Part shown: positions 1 through 11,100 of the stretch, one piece after another | Layout of the letters: each line of letters starts with the position of its first letter | How positions within the stretch are numbered: the stretch's first letter is position 1 | The notes under the pieces: generated by a model | Told to the model about the DNA's origin: nothing | The model's input: only the letters and a program-made list of their open reading frames with translations | Databases searched by the model: none | Made by a program: the position numbers and the translations under genes | Origin: a virus | Lineage: Duplodnaviria; Caudoviricetes | DNA length: 50,081 nucleotides | Direction: 5' to 3' (one strand) | Virus record (IMG/VR): IMGVR_UViG_3300017971_000082 | Location: 1-50,081 of that record

Positions 1-119
1 CGAACGATACGGGTCAATACAACAGCGCCTTTGGGTATGCTGCCCTCCGCTCAAACACTACGGCCTCGTCCAACAGCGCATTCGGTCATTTGGCGCTCTA
101 CTCGAACACCACGGGCGCG
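1..119. repeat. Terminal direct repeat (circular-assembly overlap), identical to 49963-50081
   Basis: The first 119 nt match the last 119 nt exactly, including the AAC GAT (Asn-Asp) variant found in no other repeat unit. The reading frame is continuous across the join. Confidence 0.93.
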
Positions 120-900
120 TCCAACAGCGCATTCGGGCATGCTGCCCTCCGCTCGAACACCACGGGCGAGTACAACAACGCCTTCGGGTATTACGCCCTC
201 TTCTCGAACACTACGGCATCCTACAATAACGCCTTCGGGCATTACGCCCTCCGCTCGAACACGACGGCATCCTACAACAATGCCTTCGGGTATTACGCCC
301 TCTACTCAAACACTACGGGTCAATACAACAGCGCCTTTGGGTATGCTGCCCTCCGCTCAAACACTACGGCCTCGTCCAACAGCGCATTCGGTCATTTGGC
401 GCTCTACTCGAACACCACGGGCGCGTCCAACAATGCCTTCGGGTATCAGGCCCTCTACTCGAACACCACGGCCTCGTACAACAACGCCTTCGGGCATGCT
501 GCCCTCTTCTCGAACACGGGCGAGTACAATAACGCCTTCGGGTATTACGCCCTCTACTCGAACACCACGGGCGAGTCCAACAATGCCTTTGGGCATACTG
601 CCCTCAACTCGAACACGGGTCAGCGCAACAACGCCTTCGGGTATCAGGCCCTCTACTTCAACACGACGGCATCCTACAACAACGCCTTCGGGTATAAGGC
701 CCTCTTCTCGAACACCACGGGCGAGTACAACAGCGCCTTCGGGTATAAGGCCCTCAACTCGAACACTACGGGCCAATATAACAGCGCATTCGGGCACCAG
801 GCCCTCTACCTGTCTACCGGAAATCGCAACCACGCCTTCGGTTACCTGGCTGGTGACTCTATTACGACCGGCTCGGACAACCTCTGCATCGGCTACGACG
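1..900 (+). repeat. Coding tandem repeat with 51-bp (sometimes 48-bp) units, continuing from about 49710-50081; about 22 units in total
   Basis: Direct reading of the units. 8-126 is identical to 314-432 (offset 306 = 6 x 51). Confidence 0.95.
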
Positions 901-1181
901 TTGACGTATCGGCCGCCGCCGTGACCGATGAGTTCCGCCTTGGCAACACGAACTCCAACGCCACCACGCTCTTGTGGGGCGACATGGCGAACAACCGGCT
1001 CGGCATCGGCGTCTCTTCGATCCCGGCATACAAGCTCGTGCTTGGCGGGCTTGCAAATATGGACTTCGGGGTAGAGGATTGCGATACGGCCGGGGCGACC
1101 GAGGCTGCGTGGATCAAGGTGGTTTACGATCTCGGTGGGACGCCAACGACCGGGTACATAAGGATCTACGCAACGACATGA
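1..1181 (+). CDS. 3' part of a tail fibre/adhesin-like protein with 17-aa repeats (full gene 49350 through the junction to 1181, about 597 aa)
   Basis: SNTT(G/A)xxN(N/S)AFG(Y/H)xAL repeats in frame with the ATG at 49350. It lies after the tail genes and before the ejection genes. Confidence 0.75.
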   Translation, partial: NDTGQYNSAFGYAALRSNTTASSNSAFGHLALYSNTTGASNSAFGHAALRSNTTGEYNNAFGYYALFSNTTASYNNAFGHYALRSNTTASYNNAFGYYALYSNTTGQYNSAFGYAALRSNTTASSNSAFGHLALYSNTTGASNNAFGYQALYSNTTASYNNAFGHAALFSNTGEYNNAFGYYALYSNTTGESNNAFGHTALNSNTGQRNNAFGYQALYFNTTASYNNAFGYKALFSNTTGEYNSAFGYKALNSNTTGQYNSAFGHQALYLSTGNRNHAFGYLAGDSITTGSDNLCIGYDVDVSAAAVTDEFRLGNTNSNATTLLWGDMANNRLGIGVSSIPAYKLVLGGLANMDFGVEDCDTAGATEAAWIKVVYDLGGTPTTGYIRIYATT

Positions 1182-1363
1182 GACTCACTGAAGAAGAGAA
1201 GCGTTTCCTGGTGGCGGTCCTGAGTCAGAGTAACTGGAACGTCCAGCAGAAACGCGAGTTCCAGCTCGCTGGATCCATCGTCGAGAAGCTCTCGGCTCAA
1301 CTGGAGGCCCCGCGACCAACGGTCGCCGAGCTGAAGAAGATCACCGAAGAGGAGTGCGACTGA
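1178..1363 (+). CDS. Small helical protein, possible fibre chaperone
   Basis: ATGA overlap with the fibre stop codon; 61 aa, MRLTEEEKRF... Confidence 0.65.
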   Translation: MRLTEEEKRFLVAVLSQSNWNVQQKREFQLAGSIVEKLSAQLEAPRPTVAELKKITEEECD

Positions 1364-1746
1364 TGTACTACATGCGCATTCACATGTGGGTCCGCCAGGA
1401 GATCACGCCGGCCCTGAGGGCTCAGGCGACGACCCTGCTTCGCGGAGTTCTCGACGATGTGTACGCCAACAGTGCAGCGTTCGGAGACTTCTGGTGCATT
1501 CGCCAGGGGTTCGAGCTGGAGGGCCGGGGCCGGGTCGAGGCCGAGTTCGAGTTCGACACCTACACGCACGCCGACATGAAGCAGTACCTCAGGGATCTGG
1601 TCTCCGGGAAGCCCTTGGACGCTCAGGTGCGCGTCTGGAGCAAAGACCCCGATGGAGAGGTCTTGTCGGCATCGCGCACTGGATCCACAATCGAGTGGAC
1701 CGAGTACGAGATTCCACAGCCTCCAACGGTGAGCCAGGAGGAATAG
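1363..1746 (+). CDS. Hypothetical protein
   Basis: TGATG coupling, GAGGAG upstream, typical codon usage. Confidence 0.7.
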   Translation: MYYMRIHMWVRQEITPALRAQATTLLRGVLDDVYANSAAFGDFWCIRQGFELEGRGRVEAEFEFDTYTHADMKQYLRDLVSGKPLDAQVRVWSKDPDGEVLSASRTGSTIEWTEYEIPQPPTVSQEE

Positions 1747-1749
1747 ATC

Positions 1750-2526
1750 ATGGCGTTCCCACAGCAGATGCGCGGCTTCAAGGTCCCGGGTGGCGGCGGC
1801 CGGACGGCTGATCTCCAGCAGATGGGTGCCAACTGGAACATGGGCGACAAGGCGTATCGCCGCAGCATGTGGGCTCCTGCATACACGCTCTCGGCTCTGT
1901 ACCAGAGCCCGGAGGCTCAGTCCTGGCTGAACCCTGCGGATCTTGCTTCGACGATGGGTGTCGAGTCGGCTCTAGCCGGGAGAGAGGCTCTCGGGCGCCA
2001 GGCCGGGACGGCGGCTGGCCAGCAGGGGCTCGGCCCTGGGTTCGCGGCCGGGATGGAGCAGGAGGCGATGCGGGCCTCCTTCTCGGATATCGCTTCGGCG
2101 CTGCAGGAGGCTCAGATGCTCCAGCAGGATCGCCAGTTCATGGGGGCTCGCGATCTGGCTGGGGCTGTGATGGAGGGGCAGCGTGCAGCGTTCATGCGCA
2201 ACCAGGCCAAGCGGGCGAAGAAGGGCGGCAGTGGCGGGCTGATCGGCAGTGGGGCGGGAGCCCTGATCGGCGGCGCCCTCGGCATGGTAGGTGGCCCGGT
2301 AGGAATGGCAGTCGGGGCCGGGATCGGTGGCTCGTTGGGCGGGTCCATCGGTCAGAGCGTTGACCAGATGAACGGGAGATTCTCGCCGGCTCCGAACTTC
2401 TCATCGCTCATGATGCTGCCGTTCATGATGGGCGGCATGGGTGGCGCCCCGGAGAGCACTCAGCAGGACCCGACGATGCATGGGCAGACTGGTCGGCCGG
2501 GCGGCGGGCCGGACATGCCCTGGTAG
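1750..2526 (+). CDS. Putative DNA ejection/pilot protein with a glycine zipper
   Basis: Rich in G, A, Q and M. Contains GLIGSGAGALIGGALGMVGGPVGMAVGAGIGG. It is the first of three genes in the position usual for podovirus ejection proteins. Confidence 0.65.
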   Translation: MAFPQQMRGFKVPGGGGRTADLQQMGANWNMGDKAYRRSMWAPAYTLSALYQSPEAQSWLNPADLASTMGVESALAGREALGRQAGTAAGQQGLGPGFAAGMEQEAMRASFSDIASALQEAQMLQQDRQFMGARDLAGAVMEGQRAAFMRNQAKRAKKGGSGGLIGSGAGALIGGALGMVGGPVGMAVGAGIGGSLGGSIGQSVDQMNGRFSPAPNFSSLMMLPFMMGGMGGAPESTQQDPTMHGQTGRPGGGPDMPW

Positions 2527-2535
2527 GAGACGATC

Positions 2536-5196
2536 ATGCCCAGCCCGTACAAGCAGCGCAGGCAGCAGGAGTCAGTGATCCCGGAGCGTAGCGGGCCTTC
2601 GCTCGGGGAGATGGTCTCGCAGGCGTATGCCCAGCGCGGGCAGCAGCAGATGCGCCAGGACCAGTCGGCGACGGACATGATGCAGATGGCCATGCGGATG
2701 CGCCAGATGCAGCAGGACCAGTCTCGGCAGGACTTCTACCAGGCCCTGGCCAAGGCTCAGGAGGGACGCGCCCAGGCGGGCGAGCAGCGAGCCGTCGAGC
2801 GTGAGGGGCGCGCGGCGCAGTCTCACCAACTCTCTCAGCAGCTGAGCATGGGCCAGCTGGAGATGCAGCAGCAGAGCCTGAAGCGGTCCGAGTCTGCCGA
2901 TGCGTCTCGCGAAGCCCTTGCGAACATCTTCTCGCTGACCAGCCCGCTCAAAGAGGGGCTCGCGAATCGGCGCCAGATGACGGATGCGTCTCGGATCGGG
3001 ATCTCCGAGATGGCGCAGGGCCGGCCGGAGACGATGCGCTTGCTGCAGCAGACTCACGGAGAACTGGTCGAGAAGCGGTTCGGCGAGGCTCGCAAGAAGA
3101 TCGCTCCGTTCCTCGCCAAGATGGACCCGGAGATGCGGGCCAAGGCTGAGCCGGCGATCCTGGAGTCTCTGGCGAAGCAGGAGGAGATGGAGCGCAACGC
3201 CTTCCTGCAGATCTCTCAGGAGGAGATCGATGCCATCGCTCGGCCGAACGCACTGGCGGATGCGATCGCGGCGGCGACGGCACAGCGGAAAGAGACCAAG
3301 GCTCACACGATCCAACTGGACCGAAGAATCGCGGAAGGCGAGCAGTCGTCTCCTCTTGGCGTGCAGACCCGCTGGAGATCGTTCCAGAGCGGCCCGGGAG
3401 CGTACCTTCTCGGGTCTTCTCTCAACGTCGGGGAGATAAAGAAGTATTCGGTCGGGCTGGACGGGCAGCTGAACGGCCAGATCGTTTCCAGCTTCAACGG
3501 GATAGATGTGATCAACTCGATAATGGGCCGCCACCACCTGGTGGCAGACCGGATGCTCGGTTCCAGCATGGGGAACTGGAGCGTTTCTCCGACGACGCAG
3601 ACCGATCCGCTGGTGAGCCTCTTCGCGTTCCCGATCGAGGCGAAGGAGGACGGCAGCTATGCCGGGGCGTCCCGGACCGTCACGATCGACGGCAAGACGT
3701 TCAAGTTCGAGGCCGACCCCGAGACGCTGAAGAGGTACGGCGACAAGCTCCAGGGCCTGAAAGCTCAGTTCGTCCAGATCTCGAACAAGGGGCCTCAGGG
3801 CGACATGAGCGGGAAGCGGTTCGAGGAGATGCTTGCTGCTGGAGACAAGCAGCCGAGCAAGTCGGTCATCGGCACGCTGGTCTACAACAACCTGCTCGCG
3901 TCCGGACCGAAGGGGAACAGGGATCTTCCTGCATCTGTGACGCAAGAGGATGTCATCCGAGGGCGGGACTACATCCAGGCGCTGCGCGATGTATGGGATG
4001 GCGGTCGCCTGACCGTGACGGGGCGCGACGGCAAGCCGATCAGCTACGCGAAGCCTTGGAGCCAGCGGTCGAACTGGCTGCACGAGCAGGGCATCATGAG
4101 CCAGAGCACCGCCGAGGGGCGAGCAACCTCCGAGGGTGCCCTTGCTCAGCAGGGGTTTCCTGGGATCAGCCGGGACAAGGTGATCAGCATCTCGAAGATG
4201 GTGGCTCTGGATCTTCGGAAGAACCCGGTCGTCTCGAAGATCCAGGCGTCGATCAACGATGTTCGCAAGGGGTACAAGGACAGCGGGATCACACTCAGCC
4301 CGGACCAGGAAGCGACTCTGATTTCGGAGACCTTCGATCAGGCTCTTGAGGCTCTGCTCGCTTCGGAGACCGAGGGTGGCGACTCGGAGCTTCTGCGCCG
4401 GTTCGAGGAGAGCGGCGGGGATCTCATGAGCGGGCTCGACACCTTCATCGAGGACGTGGTGAAGCCGCATGCCTACACGCAGTTCAACCGGGACCCGGCA
4501 TTGAACCAGCGGAACTACGAGCGCAGGGAACAGCTACGCAGGACGATGCTCGGGCAGACGCCTTCGAGCGTTCCGGGGCAGCAGCGGGACGTGTACCGCC
4601 GCTTCGACGAGAAGAAGTTCAGCGACGACATCGAGAAGCAGGTGATGACTCTCCTGATGGATGACCGGCGCTGGCTGGAGACGGTGCCGCACCCAGCCGG
4701 GAAGATCCCGAGCAGCGTGTTCATGGCCAGGCCGGACATCACGAACACCTGGAACACCTGGGGCACGGCGGTGCCGGGCTGGTTCGAGGGCCGGATGACC
4801 AGCAACCCGGACATGATGGATCTGGTCCACACGATCTCGATGGTCCAGCAGGATCTCTTCCGCAACCCGGGTGGGATGAACCCATCCACGCTGTCCAAGG
4901 CGATGAACGTGCTCGGCCAGCCTGGCCCGTTCACGCAGGAGGACGCTCTGGATGGGGGCGAGTACCTGGATCGCAGGTCGAGAGCCCTGAAGACACTGCT
5001 GGAGACGAACGGCAAGGCGATGCAGGACCCGCTGGTGCGGACGATCGCGGCCTGGATCAACGCGATCCCGAACCCGCAGCAGAGCATGCCGCTACCGAAC
5101 CTCGGGCAGCCGGACATCCAGGATGCCGGGCCATTCAACCCTCAGTCTGGGCTGGGGGGTGGCCAGGCCCTGCAGGGCTTGACGGGTGGACGATGA
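2536..5196 (+). CDS. Putative internal virion/ejection protein (886 aa)
   Basis: AGGAG RBS, Q/R/E-rich helical N-terminus, and position in the gene order. Confidence 0.6.
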   Translation: MPSPYKQRRQQESVIPERSGPSLGEMVSQAYAQRGQQQMRQDQSATDMMQMAMRMRQMQQDQSRQDFYQALAKAQEGRAQAGEQRAVEREGRAAQSHQLSQQLSMGQLEMQQQSLKRSESADASREALANIFSLTSPLKEGLANRRQMTDASRIGISEMAQGRPETMRLLQQTHGELVEKRFGEARKKIAPFLAKMDPEMRAKAEPAILESLAKQEEMERNAFLQISQEEIDAIARPNALADAIAAATAQRKETKAHTIQLDRRIAEGEQSSPLGVQTRWRSFQSGPGAYLLGSSLNVGEIKKYSVGLDGQLNGQIVSSFNGIDVINSIMGRHHLVADRMLGSSMGNWSVSPTTQTDPLVSLFAFPIEAKEDGSYAGASRTVTIDGKTFKFEADPETLKRYGDKLQGLKAQFVQISNKGPQGDMSGKRFEEMLAAGDKQPSKSVIGTLVYNNLLASGPKGNRDLPASVTQEDVIRGRDYIQALRDVWDGGRLTVTGRDGKPISYAKPWSQRSNWLHEQGIMSQSTAEGRATSEGALAQQGFPGISRDKVISISKMVALDLRKNPVVSKIQASINDVRKGYKDSGITLSPDQEATLISETFDQALEALLASETEGGDSELLRRFEESGGDLMSGLDTFIEDVVKPHAYTQFNRDPALNQRNYERREQLRRTMLGQTPSSVPGQQRDVYRRFDEKKFSDDIEKQVMTLLMDDRRWLETVPHPAGKIPSSVFMARPDITNTWNTWGTAVPGWFEGRMTSNPDMMDLVHTISMVQQDLFRNPGGMNPSTLSKAMNVLGQPGPFTQEDALDGGEYLDRRSRALKTLLETNGKAMQDPLVRTIAAWINAIPNPQQSMPLPNLGQPDIQDAGPFNPQSGLGGGQALQGLTGGR

Positions 5197-5199
5197 TCG

Positions 5200-8100
5200 A
5201 TGCCAGACCAGACGCCTTGGAGTCCAAGAGGGTACGACCCGAACCGCATCCGGCATAGCTGGAGTGGCGGGCGGGAGGAGATCGTCGGGGGCTACCGGCG
5301 CCTGATCTATGGGCTCTCTGACCAGGAGATCTTCGGCAGCCCGGAGCAGGCCCAGCAGTACGAGAACCAACTCTGGCAGCGGCTGAGCCTTCCGGAACAG
5401 CAGGCGCTGCGCAACGAGCGGTACGGGTTCTTCGAGCGGCTGAAGTACCTGCGCAACCTGCACACGACCCGGGGCGAGCGCCTGGCGACGGGTGCCGAGC
5501 AGGACAAGGGGCTCTTCGGGAGCCTGCGGGCTGCGGCTGGGGAGGTGGTCGGAGGAGTCGGCGCGCTGCCGGCGATCGCGGGCGGTCTCGCTTCGGCGGT
5601 CGGGCTGGAGAGCGTCGGCCGGGGGATCAAGTCCCTGATGTACGACGACCCGGGGATCAGCGCGGGCCAGGCGGCCAGGCGCACCCGGGACATCTTCCAG
5701 GGGGCCTTCGATCCTCGGTACCTGGAGATGGGGCTTGAGGGGCAGCGCGACTCCTCGGAGCTGCTGGCGACGGCGGTGCGCAAGAACCAGGAGCGCAAGC
5801 GGCTCGGGCTCCCCACCGAGATGGGCTCCGAGCTGATGGAGCGCGACATCGAGATTGGCCAGCGGGGCCAGGAGGTTGCGGCCAGGGGCGGGATCGAGTC
5901 AGTCGGTCGGACGGTCGGGGACATCGGAGCCCTGGTCCTGGGTACGAAGGGTCTGGGCATGGCGGCCGGGGCGGCCACGAAGGTCCCGATGGCTGGTGGC
6001 GTCTTGCGGGGCGCTGGAAATGCGGCACAGGCTCTGGGCAGGGGTGCCGTGGGGCGCGGCGCGGCGGGCGCGGCTTCCACAGGGGCGGCATTCGGTCTGC
6101 TCGGGGTTGGCCGGGAGGAGTCCTGGGGTGCTTTCCCACGGGAGTTCGCTTTCGGTGCGGGCATGCACGGGGCGGGGTCGCTTCTGGGAGGGTTCGGCGG
6201 CCTGATGCGTGGCCGTGCTCTTGGTGGGCAGAAGACCTTGGGGCTTTCTCCCGGCGTTTCCACCCAGGTCGGGACGGGGATGCAGCAGCTGAGCGGGCGT
6301 GCGCTGGCTCCGGCTGTTCGTGGCGGGCGGGGAGCTTCGGCCATTCGCGCGGCGGCGCGCGGCGGCGCGGAGACTGCCAAGCTGACGGCCGGCTCGGTGG
6401 CGGCGAACGTCTACGAGGCGGTGACGGATGAGGATCTGACGCTGGGCGATGCGCTCACCCGGACGCTCCATGAGATCCCGGCGCATGCGGTCTTTGGCGC
6501 GCTCTCGGCGGCGCGCGGAAGGAGCGGAGCCCTGCGGCCCGAGTCTGGAGGCAAGGCTTCCGAAGCCGAGAAGTACCGCCAGATGACAGAGGAGCCGCTT
6601 CCGAGAGCCCTACCGCAAAAGAGGGCTTTCGAGAGCATGAGTGCGTACCGCGAGCGGGTACGGCGCGAGGTTCCTGCGGTGCGCCAGCGTCAGATGTGGG
6701 CCGAGCGTGGGCGTGGTGGCGCCCAGGTGCAGGAGGGCGTGGTGCGCCGCACCGTTCCGGGGAGCATCCGCGCTGCGCGCCGGGGAATGGAGCCGCGCAC
6801 GAAGGACGAGTGGATGCGGGCGAGCGCCGAGCGTGTGAGCAAGGTGGAGCGCCAGGTCGGCGAGATGCGCAAGGCCGAGGACGCCCGCATGGCGCTGGCC
6901 GGCGAGCGGGGCCAGGAGTTCCGCAAGCAGGTGGATGCTCGGGTGGAGTTCGACCGCAAGCAGCGGGCTCAGGAGATCGCGGAGCGCCAGGGCTTCAAGG
7001 ATCCCGAGGCGATGGTCGAGGCCACCCGCCAGCAGGTGGTCGAGGTGTCTCGCCGGGCTGAGAGCCTGCTCGCAAACGAGATCCGCAACGTGACGGGTCC
7101 TCAGGTCGATGAATTCCGGCGCGAGATGGCGACGATGCTCTCGGAGCTGCGCCGGGACCTGCGCAAGCGGGGCGGGATCCACCAGGGTGTGATCACCAAG
7201 ATGTGGAACCGCACGCTGAAGAAGATCGAGGCGATCGATCCCACGCTTGCGGTCCGAGCCCAGGCCCAGATGGTGCGTGCGCGGGAGAAGAAGCAGCCCG
7301 AGCAGTGGAAGGCGTTCGAGCCGCCCAAGCCCAAGCCCGAGTTCATGCCCGAGACAGAGCTGCCCTACGAGGGGATGGAGAAGAAGCCCTCGGCTGAGAG
7401 CAAGCTCCCGGAGCCCGGGCGTCCCACCAGGGGCGCGGAAACGGCCCTTCCTCGGCCGCAAGATCTCGTCGGCTCAGAACCCGTGCCCGGGGAGATCGTG
7501 CGAGAGGGGCTGAAGCTGGCCTATCCGCAGAGCGCCAAGGGGCGCCGCTTCCTGACGAGGGAATCTGCTGCGTCCGCAGAGGGGCACGCGCGCTTCGTCG
7601 AGCAGTTCAAGGGCTCTCCGAAGGAGGTGGCCGGCCAGGCGCTGCTGCACGCCAGGCTGCAGGGGGAGGGGCTGCCGAGGAACACGAATGCGGTCCGGGG
7701 CGAGGAGACGTTCTGGGGCAAGGTGACCGAGAAGGCGGGCGTCGATGCCGGGACCTACTCGGATGCGCTGAAGCAGTACCGCAAGGCGGCCAACAAGGAG
7801 TACGGCAAGGCGGCGGGCGAGGCGACCAAGAAGGCGAAGGCCACCGGGGCGGCGGCGGATCACCTGAAGGGGTACCTGGCCGAGGCAGCCTACGGATCCA
7901 AGATCGGGGTCGATCACCAGGCCAGCCGCGAGAAGGCGATCAACGCGATTGCCCACCCGGCCGGCATGCTGAAGGACGAGTCGAACGCAGCCCACCGGGT
8001 GGCGAAGGCCCGGGAGATGGTGCGCGAGGCCGAGCTGGCGATGGGATTCCACGAGGGCCAGCTGTGGACCAACATCTCGTTCGCGATGGACGCTCGGGCG

Positions 8101-11100
8101 CGCAAGCTGGGCGTGTGGGAGGAAGGCACTCGCCAGCCCAGCGAGAAGCTCTACGAGGAGATGGTCAAGGGAGTCCAGGCCAAGGACACCTACGGCGTTT
8201 ACCCCTGGGAAACGATCCTGAACGAGAGGATCCGAGGCGAGTTCGAGGAGCGCATCCGGGACCGGGGCGATGCCGGTGAGGTTGGCGAGGGGCGCCGGCA
8301 GTTGGCCGGCGAGGCTGGCCGAGAGGTACCGCTGGAGCTGCGGCTGGGGATGGACACGCTCACCGGGTACTACCTCGGCGGCGGGATCAAGAGCGGCCTG
8401 GCCAAGGAGCTGGGGGTCACAGGGGATCTGCTGCGGTTCCAGAAGGCGGTCGCCGACAAACTGGTCGAGACCGGCCTGGCTACGAAGGGCGCCGGGGAGC
8501 ACGACTACCGCTGGACCGATCGCGGGATCGCGATGGTGAACGATCTCAGCAACTGGCTGAATTCAAACAAGCGGTACCGCAAGAACTTCCCCGAGTTCAG
8601 CCCACCGTGGAACGAGGCGGTCGAGCGGCCCTGGGACGTGCGCTGCCTGAGCCCGTGCGGGGCCTTCGATGGCAGCCAGCGCACCGTCGAGGCGACGGCG
8701 AAGCACGGGCTCTCGGAGGGCGAGGCGGATCGTCTCGTGGATCACGAGCCCCTGATGCGCGATCGCCTCATGGAGTGGGCGAAGGGTTCATGGCGCCGGA
8801 TCAAGGCCGGTGTCATGACGGACCCCACCGAGCTGAACGTCTACGAGCTGACCAAGACGCTCAAGGCCGACCCGAAGAACCGGGGCTGGATCCGGAAGAT
8901 GGTCCGCCACCAGTTCACCCCGCTGTGGCAGATCGCGCCTGGCCTGGTCCAGATCGGGGAGAAGGAGGGCACGCACTGGATTCTGCGCAGCAAGCAGCTG
9001 GAGAGCCTGGCGACCGAAGGGCTCGGGAAGGAGTGGGTCGAGGACAAGTCCTTCATCGATGGGAAGACTCAGCCGCGCTTCGAGCGGGTGATCGATATCG
9101 TCGAGGAGTACGGCAAGCTCAGCCACAAGGATCGCCTCGCTCGCATGGCCGAGATCGGCGAGGAGGATTGGGGCCGGGTCCAGGTGATCCGCACCGTCTT
9201 GAGGGAGATGCGCAAGGATATCGTCCAGCATCTCTACGATCCGATCCGGGTTGCGATCAAGCGGGCCAAGGCGACCGGCCAGAACGTGGACGAGGCAGTG
9301 GGCATCGACCTGCACTCGCTGGCTCCGCATCTCGGAGTACCGTTCGATCCGGTGAGCGGGTCGCGCATGGCCTGGGACAACAAGCTGCATCGGGAGTTCT
9401 TCCGGAACAAGAACATCCGCGTGATCGAGGAGGTGATGCAGGCGAAGGAGCTGCTGGAGCCCGGGGCGACCACCTTTGTGAAGCTCCCGAACGGGCAGAT
9501 GCTGGAGGTGACGGGCTACGGTGTGAGGGATTACTTCCCGCACGTCTGGATGAAGTACGACCTGAATCCCTTCCTCGCCCAGCAGTACAAGACGGACATC
9601 TCGGACACGACACCCGAGATCTTCGACGGGATGCCGACGATCAAGGGGCACCTGAGGGTCGCGAACGGGTACGCGAAAGATCCGCTCGTTCCCCAGGCCA
9701 AGCGGCGCAAGTTCGTTGCGAACTGGCTCCAGCGGCGGCTCGACCGGGACGGCTACGTGAAGCACCCGGCCGTGCTGATGATGTACCTGCGTGAGAGCTA
9801 CCGCAAGATCAAGCACGAGCGCGTGATGCAGCAGGGCGAGGACCACCTCCTCGGCGAGTACGCCCCGCTCGACATCTCGACCCCGGCTGCTGCGGGGAAG
9901 ATGCTCTACGAGTCCACGTCAGCGACCACCGAGCAGAGCTACAGTTCGATGGCCGGCCACGAGGTGGGCGGGAACCTGATGATGGAGGTGCGAGGCGTCT
10001 TCCCGCCGCGCTACGGCAAGCGGTTCCAGGCCAAGGGGCCTTGGAAGATGTACATCGTGCGCAACCAGACCAAGCTCGGGATGCGCGAGGAGGGATCCGA
10101 CAAATGGGGAGCCGACGACGTGATCGTGCTCCACCAGCCAGGCCCGATCAACCAGGCCAGCAACTACATCAAGCTGAAGGGGCGAGAGGAGATCCAGCGA
10201 GCGAGGCTCTTCGTGCGCAGCCGGGGCCTGATCCAGGGCATCACGGGCGTGGTGGAGAACAGCTTCCTGTGGGATCGGCTCGAAGAGATCGCCCGAGGCG
10301 GCGGCCCGAAGGACTGGAACGCGCGCAGGGGATTCCTCTGGCGCGCATGGGAGTCGATCGAGACGACGCTCGGCGCACTCGGGCACCACGCTGCGCTCGG
10401 TGGCGTGATCAACTCGCCCGCTGCGCAGATGAACCTGATCGAGGGGAACCTGGTCCTCAACGCAGCGACCAACGGGTTCCAGTCCGTCTCGGCTGGGTGG
10501 AAGACGATGCGTGGCTTCCTTCCGGCGGCGACCAAGCGGGTCCCGATGTACTGGAAGATGGCATCGGAGGGTAAGAGCCACCGGGAGATCTGGGATGCGA
10601 TCGCCAAGGACACGCTCGCCTCGGATCCGAACAACGCCTGGGCGAAGCACTACGAGCGCATCCTGAAGAAGAGCCCATATGATCTCGGCGGGATGCACGA
10701 GAAGAACATGTGGGCTGTCGATGTCGTCGAGGGGCAGGTCGGCAAGGAGGAATCCGCAGTCACCCAGGCGATGGTCGAGGCTCGCGACACAGCGGGGCGC
10801 TGGATCGTCAAGCACATCGACCCCAAGATGTTCACGTCCTTCGAGCTGAGCGAGCAGCACACCCGCCAGATGCTGTACATGACAGCATACGACCACTACC
10901 TCAAGCGATTCGGCAACGGGGCGGGCAAGGGCAAGGCTCCGTTCGTGAACCCGGAGACGGGCGAGCACTTCCGGGTGATCGAGGGCGAGGCGATGCGCCG
11001 TGACGGGACAGCCGAGAACCCGCACCTGCTGAGCGCGCACGATCTGGCCTTCGGCCAGGTGATGCGGACGCACTTCGTGTACAGGCTGGCGTACCACCCG

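Noticed and set aside
1-119. Biological direct terminal repeat
   Set aside because: It falls mid-gene, and 119 is a common assembler k-mer size, so it is best read as a circular assembly overlap.
1-900. CRISPR array or DGR template/variable repeat
   Set aside because: The units are codon-phased protein repeats with no unique spacers. Differences are not adenine-specific, and no reverse transcriptase was found.
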